A stretch of 64,000 bases of DNA from Nitrospinales bacterium (GTDB lineage Bacteria; Nitrospinota; Nitrospinia; Nitrospinales; VA-1), in assembly GCA_965223345.1 (NCBI GenBank), contig CBDCWG010000012.1, forward strand, positions 2,848,001-2,912,000, in the 5' to 3' direction. The stretch's first letter is position 1, and each line of letters opens with the position of its first letter. The notes under the pieces are model-generated. The model had not been told where the DNA came from. It did not search any database and saw only the letters and a program-made list of their open reading frames with translations. Made by a program: the position numbers and the translations under genes. Positions 27,486-37,491 of the stretch are shown piece by piece.

Positions 27486-30400
27486 ATGAACCGTTCCCGC
27501 ATTTTCGCAGTCGCAGTCCCGTTCCTCACAGCCGTTATTGTTCACAGCATCTTTGTCGATTGCGCCCACGCTCAATTCGACCCGCAGGGGTATTCGATTC
27601 TGGCGAAGAACAGCGTTTGGTTGAAGAAAGGATCGATCACGGTGGATGGCAAGGTGGGTGTCAACGAAGCCACGGGAGGACCGTTCCTGAATTCCACCTC
27701 CGCACTGGTTGTGGGCAAGAGCGCGCAGGTGATGGGCGCGGCGTCGCTGCTTGCAGAAAGCACCAAGGTGAAAGGCAATGCGGTGGTGGATGGGAATATC
27801 TTTTACAACACGCTCACCAGCAACGGCACGATCAACGGGGCGCAGAACACACCGCTGAGCTTGCCTTTGCTGGCGACGTTGCCGACGTTCAATGCCGGGA
27901 CACCTGGGACGACAGACATCGTGGTGGAGCAGGATCAGACGCTGACTCTGGTCGCAGGCGATTACGGCATGGTGAAGGTCAAACGAGGGGGGACGCTGAT
28001 CTTCTCGGGTGGGTTGTATCAGATCAAACTGATCGATGCGCGCAAGAACACGAAACTGCTGTTTCAGGCGACCAGTGAAGTGCGGGTGAAAGAATCTGCC
28101 CGCAGCAAGTCCGGTTCCACCGTGGGTGCGGATTCGGGAGCGAATCTCACGGCTTCGGATATTCTTTTTTATGTCGAGGGCACCGACACGCTTGCGGATT
28201 TGCCGATCGTCAAGTTCGGCAAGAACAACACGGTACTGGGGCATTTCTACGCCCCCAACGGCACGATCTGGCTCAAAAGCGGCACCAACGCACGCGGCGC
28301 GTTTTTCGCCAACAATGTGAAAGCCGGTAATTTCTCCAACATTACTTTAGATGAAGGCCTGCCCCCTGGGGTCAACCAGCTTTCAGGCCGCGTCACGGAT
28401 GCAAACGATGCGGCGCTCGGAACGGACACGCCGGTTGTGGGCGCGACGGTCTCTCTTCTGGGTACTGCGTTCACAACGACGACGGACATCAACGGCAATT
28501 TTGCGCTCACCGGCATCGATGTGGGAGCGCCGGTGCTGGACATCGACGCGACCAATGCCAATCTCGCTCCCGACGGCTCGGCCTATGCGAGTTTTAGGGA
28601 AGAGATCACCATCGAAGCGGGGGCGAATGTGGTGGACCGGCCATTCTTTTTGCCCAGAATCGACGCTTCCAGTCTCACGACCATCGATCCGGCGCAGGAC
28701 ACCGTGGTCACCAACAGCAACATCAACGTGACGCTCACTGTGTTGGCCAACTCCGCCAAAAACCCGGACGGCACCGATTTCACCGGACAGCTTTCGATCT
28801 CGGAGGTGCCGCAGGGGTTCGCGCCAGCAGAGCTTCCGGAGGAGAGCGATCCGGGGCTACTGGTCACCATTCAACCCGTGGGCCTGACGTTCAACCCGCC
28901 CATACAGATCACTTTCCCAAATATCGACCAACTGGAGCCCGGCACGCTGACCAACATCTGGTCGCTCGATCCGGAAACCGGCCAGTTCGATGTGGTGGGC
29001 ACCGGGGAAGTGCGTGCGGACGGCACGGCCATCGATACGATCTCGGGTGGCATTCCCGCCTCGGACTGGCACTTCATGCTCGATATCCCGCGCGCGTTGC
29101 TGGGAGGTGATTTCGATCTGAACAACGCATTCAATCAGGATATGAGCAAGAAAGAAGCGTGTGAGTTTGGCTCCGTCAATCTGATCGGTGAAGGGAGCCT
29201 GACTGTGGATCATTCCACCGCGAGCTACCGCTCCTTCGGCATCTCCCGCAGCCTGCGATTCGTCTACAACAGCCTGCTCGCCGACCCACAACCGATCATC
29301 ACTGCCGCCACGTCCATCGCGACGCTGTCTTCGCTGCCGGTCACGTTCTCGGCCAGCCTGCGTGTGGATGGCGTGCAACAGGGAAGCGAAGTGTTCATGT
29401 CGTCTGCGGGTATGGATCCAAATGTCGATGAAACACTGCGCCAGGCGTTGCAGTTCGATGCGAGCGGGTTCGCGACAGGGAGATATCCCTACAGGATGAC
29501 GCTGGCGGACAATTACATCGCCTCGCGCGTGTTGAATTTCCAGTTCGGCAACGTGCTGGTGAACAACCAGATCGCCAGCCCCTTTGGTGCGGGCTGGGGG
29601 CTCGATGGATTGCAGCGCGTGCACGAACAGGCGGACAACAGCCTGGTACTCACGGACGGCGACGGTTCGACCAGATTGTTTCTGACGGAACGCACCGGCA
29701 CGGGCACGTTCGAGAATCCCTTCATCGCAACGGGGGACGGAGCGTCGGGCATCCCCCTTTCCACAGCCGATTTCAACAACGACGGCATTGAAGATTTGCA
29801 TATCAGCAACCCCGCCGATGGCTCGGTCTCCATCCTGCTGGGCGATGGCAGCGGCGGTTTCACGCTTGCGCCTGCTCCGGCACTGAGCCCACAGGCATTC
29901 ATGATGACAACCGGCGATTTCAACAAAGACGGCAACATGGATCTGATCGGCCGGGAAGAAAGTCTGGACACGATGCTATTGCTCACCGGCGATGGCACCG
30001 GGCAATTCAGCGTGTCCTCGTTTCCAACCGGTGACGGGCCGCGCGGAATCGCGGTCGGCGATTTCAACGGCGATAACAATCCGGATCTCGCCGTTTCTTT
30101 CTCTCAGTCAGATTCAGTGGGCGTGCATCTCGGCGATGGAAGTGGAGGCTTTTCCGCCGTGCAATCCCTGACGGTGACCGGGGATTTTCCTTCCAACATC
30201 TTTGCCGTCGATGTGAACAGCGACGACAACCTGGATATTCTGGTGTTGAACGTTACCGGAAAGTCCACGTCCACCTTGTTCGGCGACGGCAATGGCGGTT
30301 TCAGCGCCCCTGCAACTTTCGGGGTTGGCGGTGCGAGTATCGGCCAAATGAATGTCGTCGATTATGATAAAGACGGTTTCGTGGACCTTATTTTGGGAGA

Positions 30401-33400
30401 CACGGGTTCGACGCAAAACCGTCTCATCACACGACGGGGAGACGGAACCGGATTTTTTCAAAATGTCGTCAGCCTCACTCAGGCGGGCAAACCCAGCAAT
30501 ACGATTATCGAAGATATCAACGGGGACGACAATCTGGACATCGTTCTCGCCCTGTCCAGCACCCAGAGTCTCGCCGTGTTCATCGGCAACAGCACCTTAT
30601 CGGTCGGTCTGCCGACGATCATTGCGGCGGGACAGATCAGCGCGCCGATTCGATCCGGCGACTTCAACGGCGACGGAGTGCTGGACATCGTGGGCAAAGA
30701 CCCGACCGATGCAACGAAGCCGGTGATCCTGTTCGGCGAATCCACAGGCGAGAGCCCACTCGGGGATTTTTCCACATTGCAAAAGAACCCGGACGGCACC
30801 TTCGTCCGTAACATGAAAGACGGTACGAAGATCCACTTCGACGCCAACGGCCTGCACACTTCCACAGTGGACCGGAACGTCAACACCACGACGTTCGGCT
30901 ATGACGGAAACGGGCTTCTCACTTCCATCACCGATCCGGCGGGACTGGTGACCACACTGGCCTATAGTAACGGAAAGCTAACGAGCGTCACAGACCCGGC
31001 CACCCGCATCACCCAGTTCGCGCACGATGCGAACGGCGATCTCACCAGCATCACCGATCCGGACAACACGGTGCGCCAGTTCGGATACGATGCGCGCCAT
31101 CGCATGACCTCACAGACCGGCAAGCGCAACTTCATCACCACCTATGAGTACAACTTCGCCGGACGGCTGGTGAAATCCAACCTGCCGGACAGCTCCACAC
31201 GCGAAGCCACACCCAGCCAGGTTGTGGGACTGGTGGACTCGTCTACGGGACTGGGAACACAGGGCAATCCCGCGCCTTTCGTGCGGCCGGAAGACGTGTT
31301 TGCCACCTTCACCGATGGCAACGGCAATGTCACCCAGTTCATCCTGGACAAGTTCGGCGCCGCAACGGTTGTGGTCGATCCTCTCGGAAGACAGACCGAT
31401 TTCGCAAGGGATGAAAACGGCAATCCGCAGGTGGTCATGCAGCCCAACGGCGCTGTCCGCACGTCCACGTTCGATGCGAAGGGCAACCTCCTCTCCGCCG
31501 TCGAAAGCAGCAACGGCGCCGTGACCCGGTTCACGCACGATGCGGACTTCAACCGCATGACGTCCTTCACCGACGCGAATGACAACACGACCCAATTTGT
31601 TCTCGATGCCTCCGGCAACCTGATCGAGATGATCGACGCCGCAAACACGAAAACCACGCTCGCCTACACGGAACCCGCCTGCCCCGGCATGTCCACGCAG
31701 TTGACCTTCGGGGCCGGACTTGCCGAGGCGAGCCCCGTCACGCGCACGCTCGATCCCGCGACCTGCAACGTGACCTCGCGGTTGAATGCCTTCGGGGAGG
31801 GTAAAGTATTCGAATTCGATGCCGCTGGGAATAATACGAAATCGGTGGACGCCCTGGGCCGGGAGAGCCATTTCGTCTACGACGCCCTCAACCGGCTGGT
31901 CAAATCCATCGACCCGTCCAACGCACTGCCCGATCCGCCCTGCGGGACCGGCGGCGTGACCTGTTTTTCCTACGACGCGGCGGGCAACACCACACAGGTG
32001 ACCGACGCGAAGGGGCAGACGTTTTCCTTCGAGTACGACGCTCTGAACCGGCTCGCGAAGGAAATCGATCCGCTGACGCGGGAGACGCTGTTTCTCTACG
32101 ACGGCAACGGCAACCTGCGTTTCATCACCGACCGCAACGGCCAGACCAAAGAATTCGTGTACGACTCGGCCGGGCGAATCGTGCAGAAGATCCTGCTGCC
32201 GGGCACGGTGGATGAGGCCGTCACCCTCTATCAGTACGACCTGTTCGGCAGGCTGACCTCCGTGGCCGACTCCGATAGCGTCGTCACGTCCACCTTCGAT
32301 CCCCTGGGACGCATGCTCACCACTTCGACAGCCGGATCGCCCAGTCAGCCGAACGTCACCCTCTCCTTCACGCACGACCTCAACGGCAACCGGCTGACGC
32401 TGAACGACGGTCTCACCGGGCTCACGCAATACGACTACAACGCCCTCAACCTGCCAACTTCGCTGAGCCACGCCTCAGGCAGCGCAGCAACCTTCGCTTA
32501 CGATGGCATCCACCGCAGGGTGCAGACCGCCTACTCGAACGGCACCACAGAAGACCTGCAATACAACGCCGCCGGTCAGGTGACCGGCATCGACCACCGG
32601 CTGGGAGCGTCCGTATTCTCCAGCTTCGACTACAGCCACGATGCGTTCGAGAACCGCGACGCCGCCACGCTCAACCGTCCTGCTGCGGGCATAACGAAAG
32701 CGCTGAGCTACCTCTACGATTCCCGCAACCGGCTCACCCAGGCGACGCGGCCGGAGACCGGCGATCCGGATGAGACGTTCGCTTACGACGCGGTGGGCAA
32801 CCGGCTCTTGCGGGACGGTCAGGTGGGCAACTCGATCTTCGACAGCGCCAACCGCCTGCTGGAAGACGCGGCGTTCACCTACGTCTACGACAACAACGGC
32901 AACCGCATCGCCCGAACGGACAAGGTTTCCGGATCGGTGACGGAATACGAGTACGACGCCGACGGCCGCCTGATCCGCATCCTGGAAAAAACGGACATCC
33001 TGAGTCCGCCGACGCAGACCACCGCCTACCGCTACGACGGGCTCGGCCGCCGTATTCAGAAGGACGTGAACGGCGTCGTCACCTCCTATGTCTACGACGG
33101 CAAGAACATCCTGCTGGAATTCGACGGCAGCGGCGCGCTGCTCGCCCGCTACGCGCACGGCCTGAATGTGGACGAACCGCTGGTGATGGAACGGGGCGGC
33201 GCACCGTTCTTTTATCACCGGGATGCACTGGGCAGCGTGCAGGAGATCACCGACAGCACCGGCGCGGTGGCGCAGGCCTACATCTACGATGCCTTCGGCG
33301 GCGTTCAGGCGGCCACGGCATTGGAAAACCCGTTCGCCTTCACGGGCAGGGAGTTCGACCCCGAAAGCGGTCTCTACTATTACCGCGCCCGCTATCTCGA

Positions 33401-33842
33401 TCCGGCAGCCGGGCGCTTTCTCAGCGAAGATCCGATCGGCCTGCAGGGCGGCATCAACGTCTACGCCTACGTGGGCAACAACCCCATCAACTTCATCGAC
33501 CCCGACGGACTGGTGGGGGTTTCTTCCACCCCGCAGCGATTGAAACGAGGGTTCATAATAACAGGATTTGCGGTTATCGGTATCGCCTGCGCAATTTGCG
33601 TGCAGCCGTTACTGAGTGACGCAGGAGTTCTAGCAAACCGTGAGGATGAATTTCGACACTGCTTCGTCGGAGCAAAGGCAAAGCAAAAATGCTCGACGCT
33701 TTGCGCCGGATTGGCAGCTGTAGGAGGCGAAGCTATAGATTTAATTGGGCCCGGTAATGCACCGGGATATCAAAAACACACTGAAGGGGTTGAAATGCTC
33801 CGAAAATGCACTATGCGATACCGAGTTGAGAGAGTGCTGTGA
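27486..33842 (+). CDS. Large secreted Rhs/YD-repeat protein with FG-GAP repeats and a variable C-terminal putative toxin tip
   Basis: Signal peptide; FG-GAP repeats (DFNxDGxxD...LGDGSGGF); many YD repeats; Rhs core FTGREFDPESGLYYYRARYLDP..GRFLSEDPIG...NNPINFIDPDG; GC drops after about 33540. Confidence 0.92.
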   Translation: MNRSRIFAVAVPFLTAVIVHSIFVDCAHAQFDPQGYSILAKNSVWLKKGSITVDGKVGVNEATGGPFLNSTSALVVGKSAQVMGAASLLAESTKVKGNAVVDGNIFYNTLTSNGTINGAQNTPLSLPLLATLPTFNAGTPGTTDIVVEQDQTLTLVAGDYGMVKVKRGGTLIFSGGLYQIKLIDARKNTKLLFQATSEVRVKESARSKSGSTVGADSGANLTASDILFYVEGTDTLADLPIVKFGKNNTVLGHFYAPNGTIWLKSGTNARGAFFANNVKAGNFSNITLDEGLPPGVNQLSGRVTDANDAALGTDTPVVGATVSLLGTAFTTTTDINGNFALTGIDVGAPVLDIDATNANLAPDGSAYASFREEITIEAGANVVDRPFFLPRIDASSLTTIDPAQDTVVTNSNINVTLTVLANSAKNPDGTDFTGQLSISEVPQGFAPAELPEESDPGLLVTIQPVGLTFNPPIQITFPNIDQLEPGTLTNIWSLDPETGQFDVVGTGEVRADGTAIDTISGGIPASDWHFMLDIPRALLGGDFDLNNAFNQDMSKKEACEFGSVNLIGEGSLTVDHSTASYRSFGISRSLRFVYNSLLADPQPIITAATSIATLSSLPVTFSASLRVDGVQQGSEVFMSSAGMDPNVDETLRQALQFDASGFATGRYPYRMTLADNYIASRVLNFQFGNVLVNNQIASPFGAGWGLDGLQRVHEQADNSLVLTDGDGSTRLFLTERTGTGTFENPFIATGDGASGIPLSTADFNNDGIEDLHISNPADGSVSILLGDGSGGFTLAPAPALSPQAFMMTTGDFNKDGNMDLIGREESLDTMLLLTGDGTGQFSVSSFPTGDGPRGIAVGDFNGDNNPDLAVSFSQSDSVGVHLGDGSGGFSAVQSLTVTGDFPSNIFAVDVNSDDNLDILVLNVTGKSTSTLFGDGNGGFSAPATFGVGGASIGQMNVVDYDKDGFVDLILGDTGSTQNRLITRRGDGTGFFQNVVSLTQAGKPSNTIIEDINGDDNLDIVLALSSTQSLAVFIGNSTLSVGLPTIIAAGQISAPIRSGDFNGDGVLDIVGKDPTDATKPVILFGESTGESPLGDFSTLQKNPDGTFVRNMKDGTKIHFDANGLHTSTVDRNVNTTTFGYDGNGLLTSITDPAGLVTTLAYSNGKLTSVTDPATRITQFAHDANGDLTSITDPDNTVRQFGYDARHRMTSQTGKRNFITTYEYNFAGRLVKSNLPDSSTREATPSQVVGLVDSSTGLGTQGNPAPFVRPEDVFATFTDGNGNVTQFILDKFGAATVVVDPLGRQTDFARDENGNPQVVMQPNGAVRTSTFDAKGNLLSAVESSNGAVTRFTHDADFNRMTSFTDANDNTTQFVLDASGNLIEMIDAANTKTTLAYTEPACPGMSTQLTFGAGLAEASPVTRTLDPATCNVTSRLNAFGEGKVFEFDAAGNNTKSVDALGRESHFVYDALNRLVKSIDPSNALPDPPCGTGGVTCFSYDAAGNTTQVTDAKGQTFSFEYDALNRLAKEIDPLTRETLFLYDGNGNLRFITDRNGQTKEFVYDSAGRIVQKILLPGTVDEAVTLYQYDLFGRLTSVADSDSVVTSTFDPLGRMLTTSTAGSPSQPNVTLSFTHDLNGNRLTLNDGLTGLTQYDYNALNLPTSLSHASGSAATFAYDGIHRRVQTAYSNGTTEDLQYNAAGQVTGIDHRLGASVFSSFDYSHDAFENRDAATLNRPAAGITKALSYLYDSRNRLTQATRPETGDPDETFAYDAVGNRLLRDGQVGNSIFDSANRLLEDAAFTYVYDNNGNRIARTDKVSGSVTEYEYDADGRLIRILEKTDILSPPTQTTAYRYDGLGRRIQKDVNGVVTSYVYDGKNILLEFDGSGALLARYAHGLNVDEPLVMERGGAPFFYHRDALGSVQEITDSTGAVAQAYIYDAFGGVQAATALENPFAFTGREFDPESGLYYYRARYLDPAAGRFLSEDPIGLQGGINVYAYVGNNPINFIDPDGLVGVSSTPQRLKRGFIITGFAVIGIACAICVQPLLSDAGVLANREDEFRHCFVGAKAKQKCSTLCAGLAAVGGEAIDLIGPGNAPGYQKHTEGVEMLRKCTMRYRVERVL

Positions 33843-33924
33843 CGATCAAGATTTAATTCCTGAAGGTGGCTGATAAAACATTTTTGGCCTATTAGACTCT
33901 TACATATATTCGAACAAACTTGCT

Positions 33925-34413
33925 ATGGAACATCAAAAAATTTTGAGAACAATAAAACTTATTACCTTTCTGGCTCCCATATTCCTATCGGGATGCATAG
34001 ATATAAAAAACTTAGAGTACGTCCCCGCGTCGGAAGAAATCAAACAGCTTTTTCCAGAGTTTTTATCCAAGCCGACGGAAATTCAAGGAATCTATGGAAA
34101 TCGCGATGTGGACGCAAGACTGTTTATGTATCAGACAGAGGATCGCGATCTATTTACAACGATTGAAAAGACAGCAAAGGAAACGAAATGGATTCTTCGA
34201 AAAAATACTTCTGTAGAATTGGAATTTTATAAAAATCACAAATCAGGAGTCCCCATAACAGGACCGATCCGTATTGGTTATCAGTCAGAAGGTCAACGAG
34301 TTTGTGTTGGTTCTTTCAGTCATGGTGACGAAAAATGGGCTTCAAAATACTTCTGGCCTAAATATGAAGCCTGCATAAAAGGAGCGAGCCTTACTGAAGA
34401 AAATAATCAATAG
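33925..34413 (+). CDS. AT-rich lipoprotein, candidate immunity protein of the Rhs tip
   Basis: Lipobox FLSGC; low GC like the Rhs tip; first gene downstream of it. Confidence 0.6.
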   Translation: MEHQKILRTIKLITFLAPIFLSGCIDIKNLEYVPASEEIKQLFPEFLSKPTEIQGIYGNRDVDARLFMYQTEDRDLFTTIEKTAKETKWILRKNTSVELEFYKNHKSGVPITGPIRIGYQSEGQRVCVGSFSHGDEKWASKYFWPKYEACIKGASLTEENNQ

Positions 34414-34621
34414 GCATCCATTCGATTCCCAGCTACTTGCCTTTTAATTAAAACTTCCTTCCCGTTGTCTTTAAAACCCTTCTTCCTCTCAAACGAAAAC
34501 ATTTTTTTCAAGCCTTTTAAACGCAAGGCTTCTGAGATATATTGCGGATGTTCCCCGGGACACGCAATGCCATTCCCTTACCTGTAACCCTTTCCTGCTG
34601 GAAACCGATCTGGGAGATTTC

Positions 34622-34840
34622 ATGAAGACCGTTACCTATTCAGCGGCGGTGCTCGTTACGCTGTGGGCCGTTGGCTGCGCATCGCCTCAGGAGCGCGCCA
34701 GCCTGGCGGACGCCAAATTCAAGGAAGAAAAAGTCGAAATCCTGGAAGAATATAAGGAATGCGTGAAGGAAAACCTCGGCGACGAGGAAAAACTGGCCTC
34801 CTGCGAGTACATGCTGAAAGCCATCGAAGCGACGAAGTGA
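34622..34840 (+). CDS. Small lipoprotein (72 aa)
   Basis: RBS GGGAG; lipobox AVGC; helical with a Cys pair. Confidence 0.65.
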   Translation: MKTVTYSAAVLVTLWAVGCASPQERASLADAKFKEEKVEILEEYKECVKENLGDEEKLASCEYMLKAIEATK

Positions 34841-35036
34841 CCGGAAAAGCTCCCGGCCGCCCTTCCCCCCCAAGCCCACCTGCCCACCGTAAGCCGCTGA
34901 GCCGGTGGGTTAATTTTGTTTTGCCTCGCCCAAGGATTTGATATCATTATGGCAATCGCCGTGGCGAGGGCTCCGGGCCCAGGCCCGGCGCACAAAGCCT
35001 GGATGAACCACAACCGATTATTTTAAAAGAAGTTTC

Positions 35037-35519
35037 ATGGCAGAAGGGGAACGATTCATAGACAACGGCGACGGCACTCTGACGGACACGAAATACAACC
35101 GCATGTGGACGAAGGAGGACAGTTGGCAGATGCGCAACAAGTGGATCACCTGGACCGCCGCCAACAAATTCGTCGCCTGGTTGAACGAGCAGAAATACGC
35201 CGGTTACAGCGACTGGCGCCTCCCGAAGAACCAGGAGTGCCGCAACCTCTACGACCACGACAGCAAGAACACGGATTTTGACGGAGACATCGTCCACATC
35301 GATCTCAAGTTTCCGGAGGGCTGCGGTTCGACCTACTGGTGCGCCGAAGAAAACGGCATCAACGCCATGGCCTACAATTTTTACAGCGACCGGGCATACC
35401 AGATCCGGAAAAAATCCTCTGACGATTCCAACATGGCCTGCCGGCCGGTCCGTTCCTCCGGCCCGGAAGTGAAAAAGGCCGGCCGCGTTTCCAACACGGG
35501 AAGAACCCGGCGCGAATGA
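35037..35519 (+). CDS. DUF1566 (Lcl C-terminal-like) domain protein
   Basis: RFIDNGDGTLTDT...MW, YAGYSDWRLP, YW. Confidence 0.85.
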   Translation: MAEGERFIDNGDGTLTDTKYNRMWTKEDSWQMRNKWITWTAANKFVAWLNEQKYAGYSDWRLPKNQECRNLYDHDSKNTDFDGDIVHIDLKFPEGCGSTYWCAEENGINAMAYNFYSDRAYQIRKKSSDDSNMACRPVRSSGPEVKKAGRVSNTGRTRRE

Positions 35520-35589
35520 GCGGGGCCACCGCCCGCTGCGACGCACCCGCCGCCCCCAAGCATCTCACTCGCCTTTGGAGATTCCTCAA

Positions 35590-36744
35590 ATGGCCCGACA
35601 CCGAGGCACCGTAGCCGAAATCGACCTGGCGGCGTTCCGCCACAACGTGAAAGTCGTGCGCTCGCTGCTCAAGCCCGACGTCAAGATCATGGCGGTGGTC
35701 AAGGCGGACGCCTACGGCCACGGCGCGGTGGCCTGCGCGCAGGCGGCGCTGGAGGCGGGGGCGGAATGCCTGGGCGTCGCCGTTCTGGAAGAAGGCATCG
35801 AACTGCGCGAGGCGGACATCGGCGCGCCCATCCTGCTGCTCGGCAGCATCTTCCCGAACGAGATCCAGGACCTGCTGCACTACCACCTGAGCCCCACGGT
35901 GTTTCACTACTCGCTCGCGCACCTGTTGTCCAGGCAGGCGGAGAAGCGCGGCAAAAACGTGGGCGTCCACATCAAAATCGACACGGGCATGGGCCGGCTG
36001 GGCATCCCGCCGGAAGAGTTCACCTGCCTCATGCAGCAAATCAAGGCGCTCAAGAACCTGCGCATCGAGGGCGTGTTCACGCATCTCTCTTCCGCCGACG
36101 AAACCGACCCCGACTACACCCTCACCCAGCTCACGCGGTTTTCCGAAGCGCTCAAGGACTGCGAAGATCACGGCATCGACCTGCCGCCCACCCACTGCGC
36201 CAACACGGCGGGCATCCTCAAATTCCCGCAGAGCCACCGGGAGATCGTGCGGCCGGGCATCATCCTGTACGGCGCCCTGCCCTCACCCGATCTCGCGCCC
36301 ATCCTGGAAAAATCCGAAAAAACCAGCGGCGAAAACCGCTTCCGCCCGGTGATGCAGTGGAAAAGCCGCATCCTGAGCGTGCAGCAGGTGCCGGCGGGCC
36401 GCGCCCTGAGCTACGGCCGCACGTTCGTGACCGAGCGGGACAGCCTCATCGCCACGCTGCCGGTCGGCTACGCGGACGGACTGAGCCGCAACCTGTCCGG
36501 CAAAATGCAGGTGCTGGTGCACGGACAGCGCGCGCCGCAGGTGGGGACGATCTGCATGGACCTGACGCTGATCGACGTGACGGACATCCGCCCCAACGTG
36601 CAGGCGATGGACGAGGTGGTGCTGTTCGGCACGCAGGGAGAGGAAACCATCACCGCCGACCAGATGGCGGATTGGGAAGGGACGATCTCCTACGAAGTGC
36701 TGTGCAACGTCGGCAAACGCGTGCCGCGCGTGTACAAGAAATGA
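35590..36744 (+). CDS. alr: Alanine racemase
   Basis: MAVVKADAYGHG (PLP Lys), HIKIDTGMGRLG, VRPGIILYG, PVGYADG, ICMD, TISYEVLC. Confidence 0.97.
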   Translation: MARHRGTVAEIDLAAFRHNVKVVRSLLKPDVKIMAVVKADAYGHGAVACAQAALEAGAECLGVAVLEEGIELREADIGAPILLLGSIFPNEIQDLLHYHLSPTVFHYSLAHLLSRQAEKRGKNVGVHIKIDTGMGRLGIPPEEFTCLMQQIKALKNLRIEGVFTHLSSADETDPDYTLTQLTRFSEALKDCEDHGIDLPPTHCANTAGILKFPQSHREIVRPGIILYGALPSPDLAPILEKSEKTSGENRFRPVMQWKSRILSVQQVPAGRALSYGRTFVTERDSLIATLPVGYADGLSRNLSGKMQVLVHGQRAPQVGTICMDLTLIDVTDIRPNVQAMDEVVLFGTQGEETITADQMADWEGTISYEVLCNVGKRVPRVYKK

Positions 36745-36746
36745 GT

Positions 36747-36981
36747 TTGACAGGATGGACGGGATAAAAGCGAAAAAGCAGGGAAAACCAAAACCAATTT
36801 CACCGCAAAGACGCAAAGGGCGCAAAGGAAAAACCAAGAAAGGAATTATAAATATCCCTCTCCCCAGGAGGGAGGCCAAGCATAGCTTGGCGACCTTCCT
36901 ATTTATTAGTTTAATGAGGAAGTGCGGGACTTGCTCCCGCCACCCGCACATATAATTTCTGGAAGTTGCTTGGGTGAGGGG
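36747..36981. repeat. Intergenic cluster of short direct repeats and hairpins between convergent genes
   Basis: CGCAAAG x3 (36804, 36812, 36821); GCCAAGC/GCTTGGC hairpin (36875-36891); GCGGGA/TCCCGC (36924-36940); CCCTCTCCCC (36856) and GGGTGAGGGG (36972). Confidence 0.55.
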
Positions 36982-37008
36982 GAATGGATAAATACAGATT
37001 TAACCTTC

Positions 37009-37491
37009 CTACCGCATCTTCATCCTATGCCCGCAGTCGGTGCACTCGTAGCGTTTGCGGAAGAAGATGAAGGGGAAGCCCAGCAGCAGGCTCCAAGCGC
37101 CGGCTTTGCGGGTGGCGTCCACGACTTTCAGGTTGGGCGATTTGCATTTCTCGCACAGGTCGCCGGGTTTGAGGGCGGGGAATTCTTCCTCGACGGCGGC
37201 GAGGTCGGCGGAGTGATCTGCGCTCAGTATGGCCTTGGCCCGCTCCACATCGGCTTCGCGCACCTGCAGCTTCACGCCTCCGAGCGCGAAGGAATAGGCC
37301 CAGTCGATGCCGATCAGGTTTTTGTCTTTCAGGAAACAAGGGATGCCTTCGGATTCCAGCTTGGCGCGCGCCAGCTCGGCCAGCGGCACGTCGCGGAAAC
37401 TGGCGATGGTTTTCAGGCGGTTGGCGGATTCGTCGTCGTTACCGTCGTCTGCGGGATAAACATTAAGCATGCGGTTTGTGCGCGCTGACAT
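37009..37491 (-). CDS. DUF2007-like protein with C-terminal Zn-ribbon-like Cys pairs
   Basis: AELARAKLESEGIPCFLKD...GGVKLQVREADVERAKAIL; CEKC and CTDCGH. Confidence 0.8.
   Translation of the reverse strand: MSARTNRMLNVYPADDGNDDESANRLKTIASFRDVPLAELARAKLESEGIPCFLKDKNLIGIDWAYSFALGGVKLQVREADVERAKAILSADHSADLAAVEEEFPALKPGDLCEKCKSPNLKVVDATRKAGAWSLLLGFPFIFFRKRYECTDCGHRMKMR

Noticed and set aside
36790..36830. c-di-GMP riboswitch suggested by GCAAA...GACGCAAAG
   Set aside because: Lies between convergent gene ends, lacks the required stems, and is explained by a short tandem repeat
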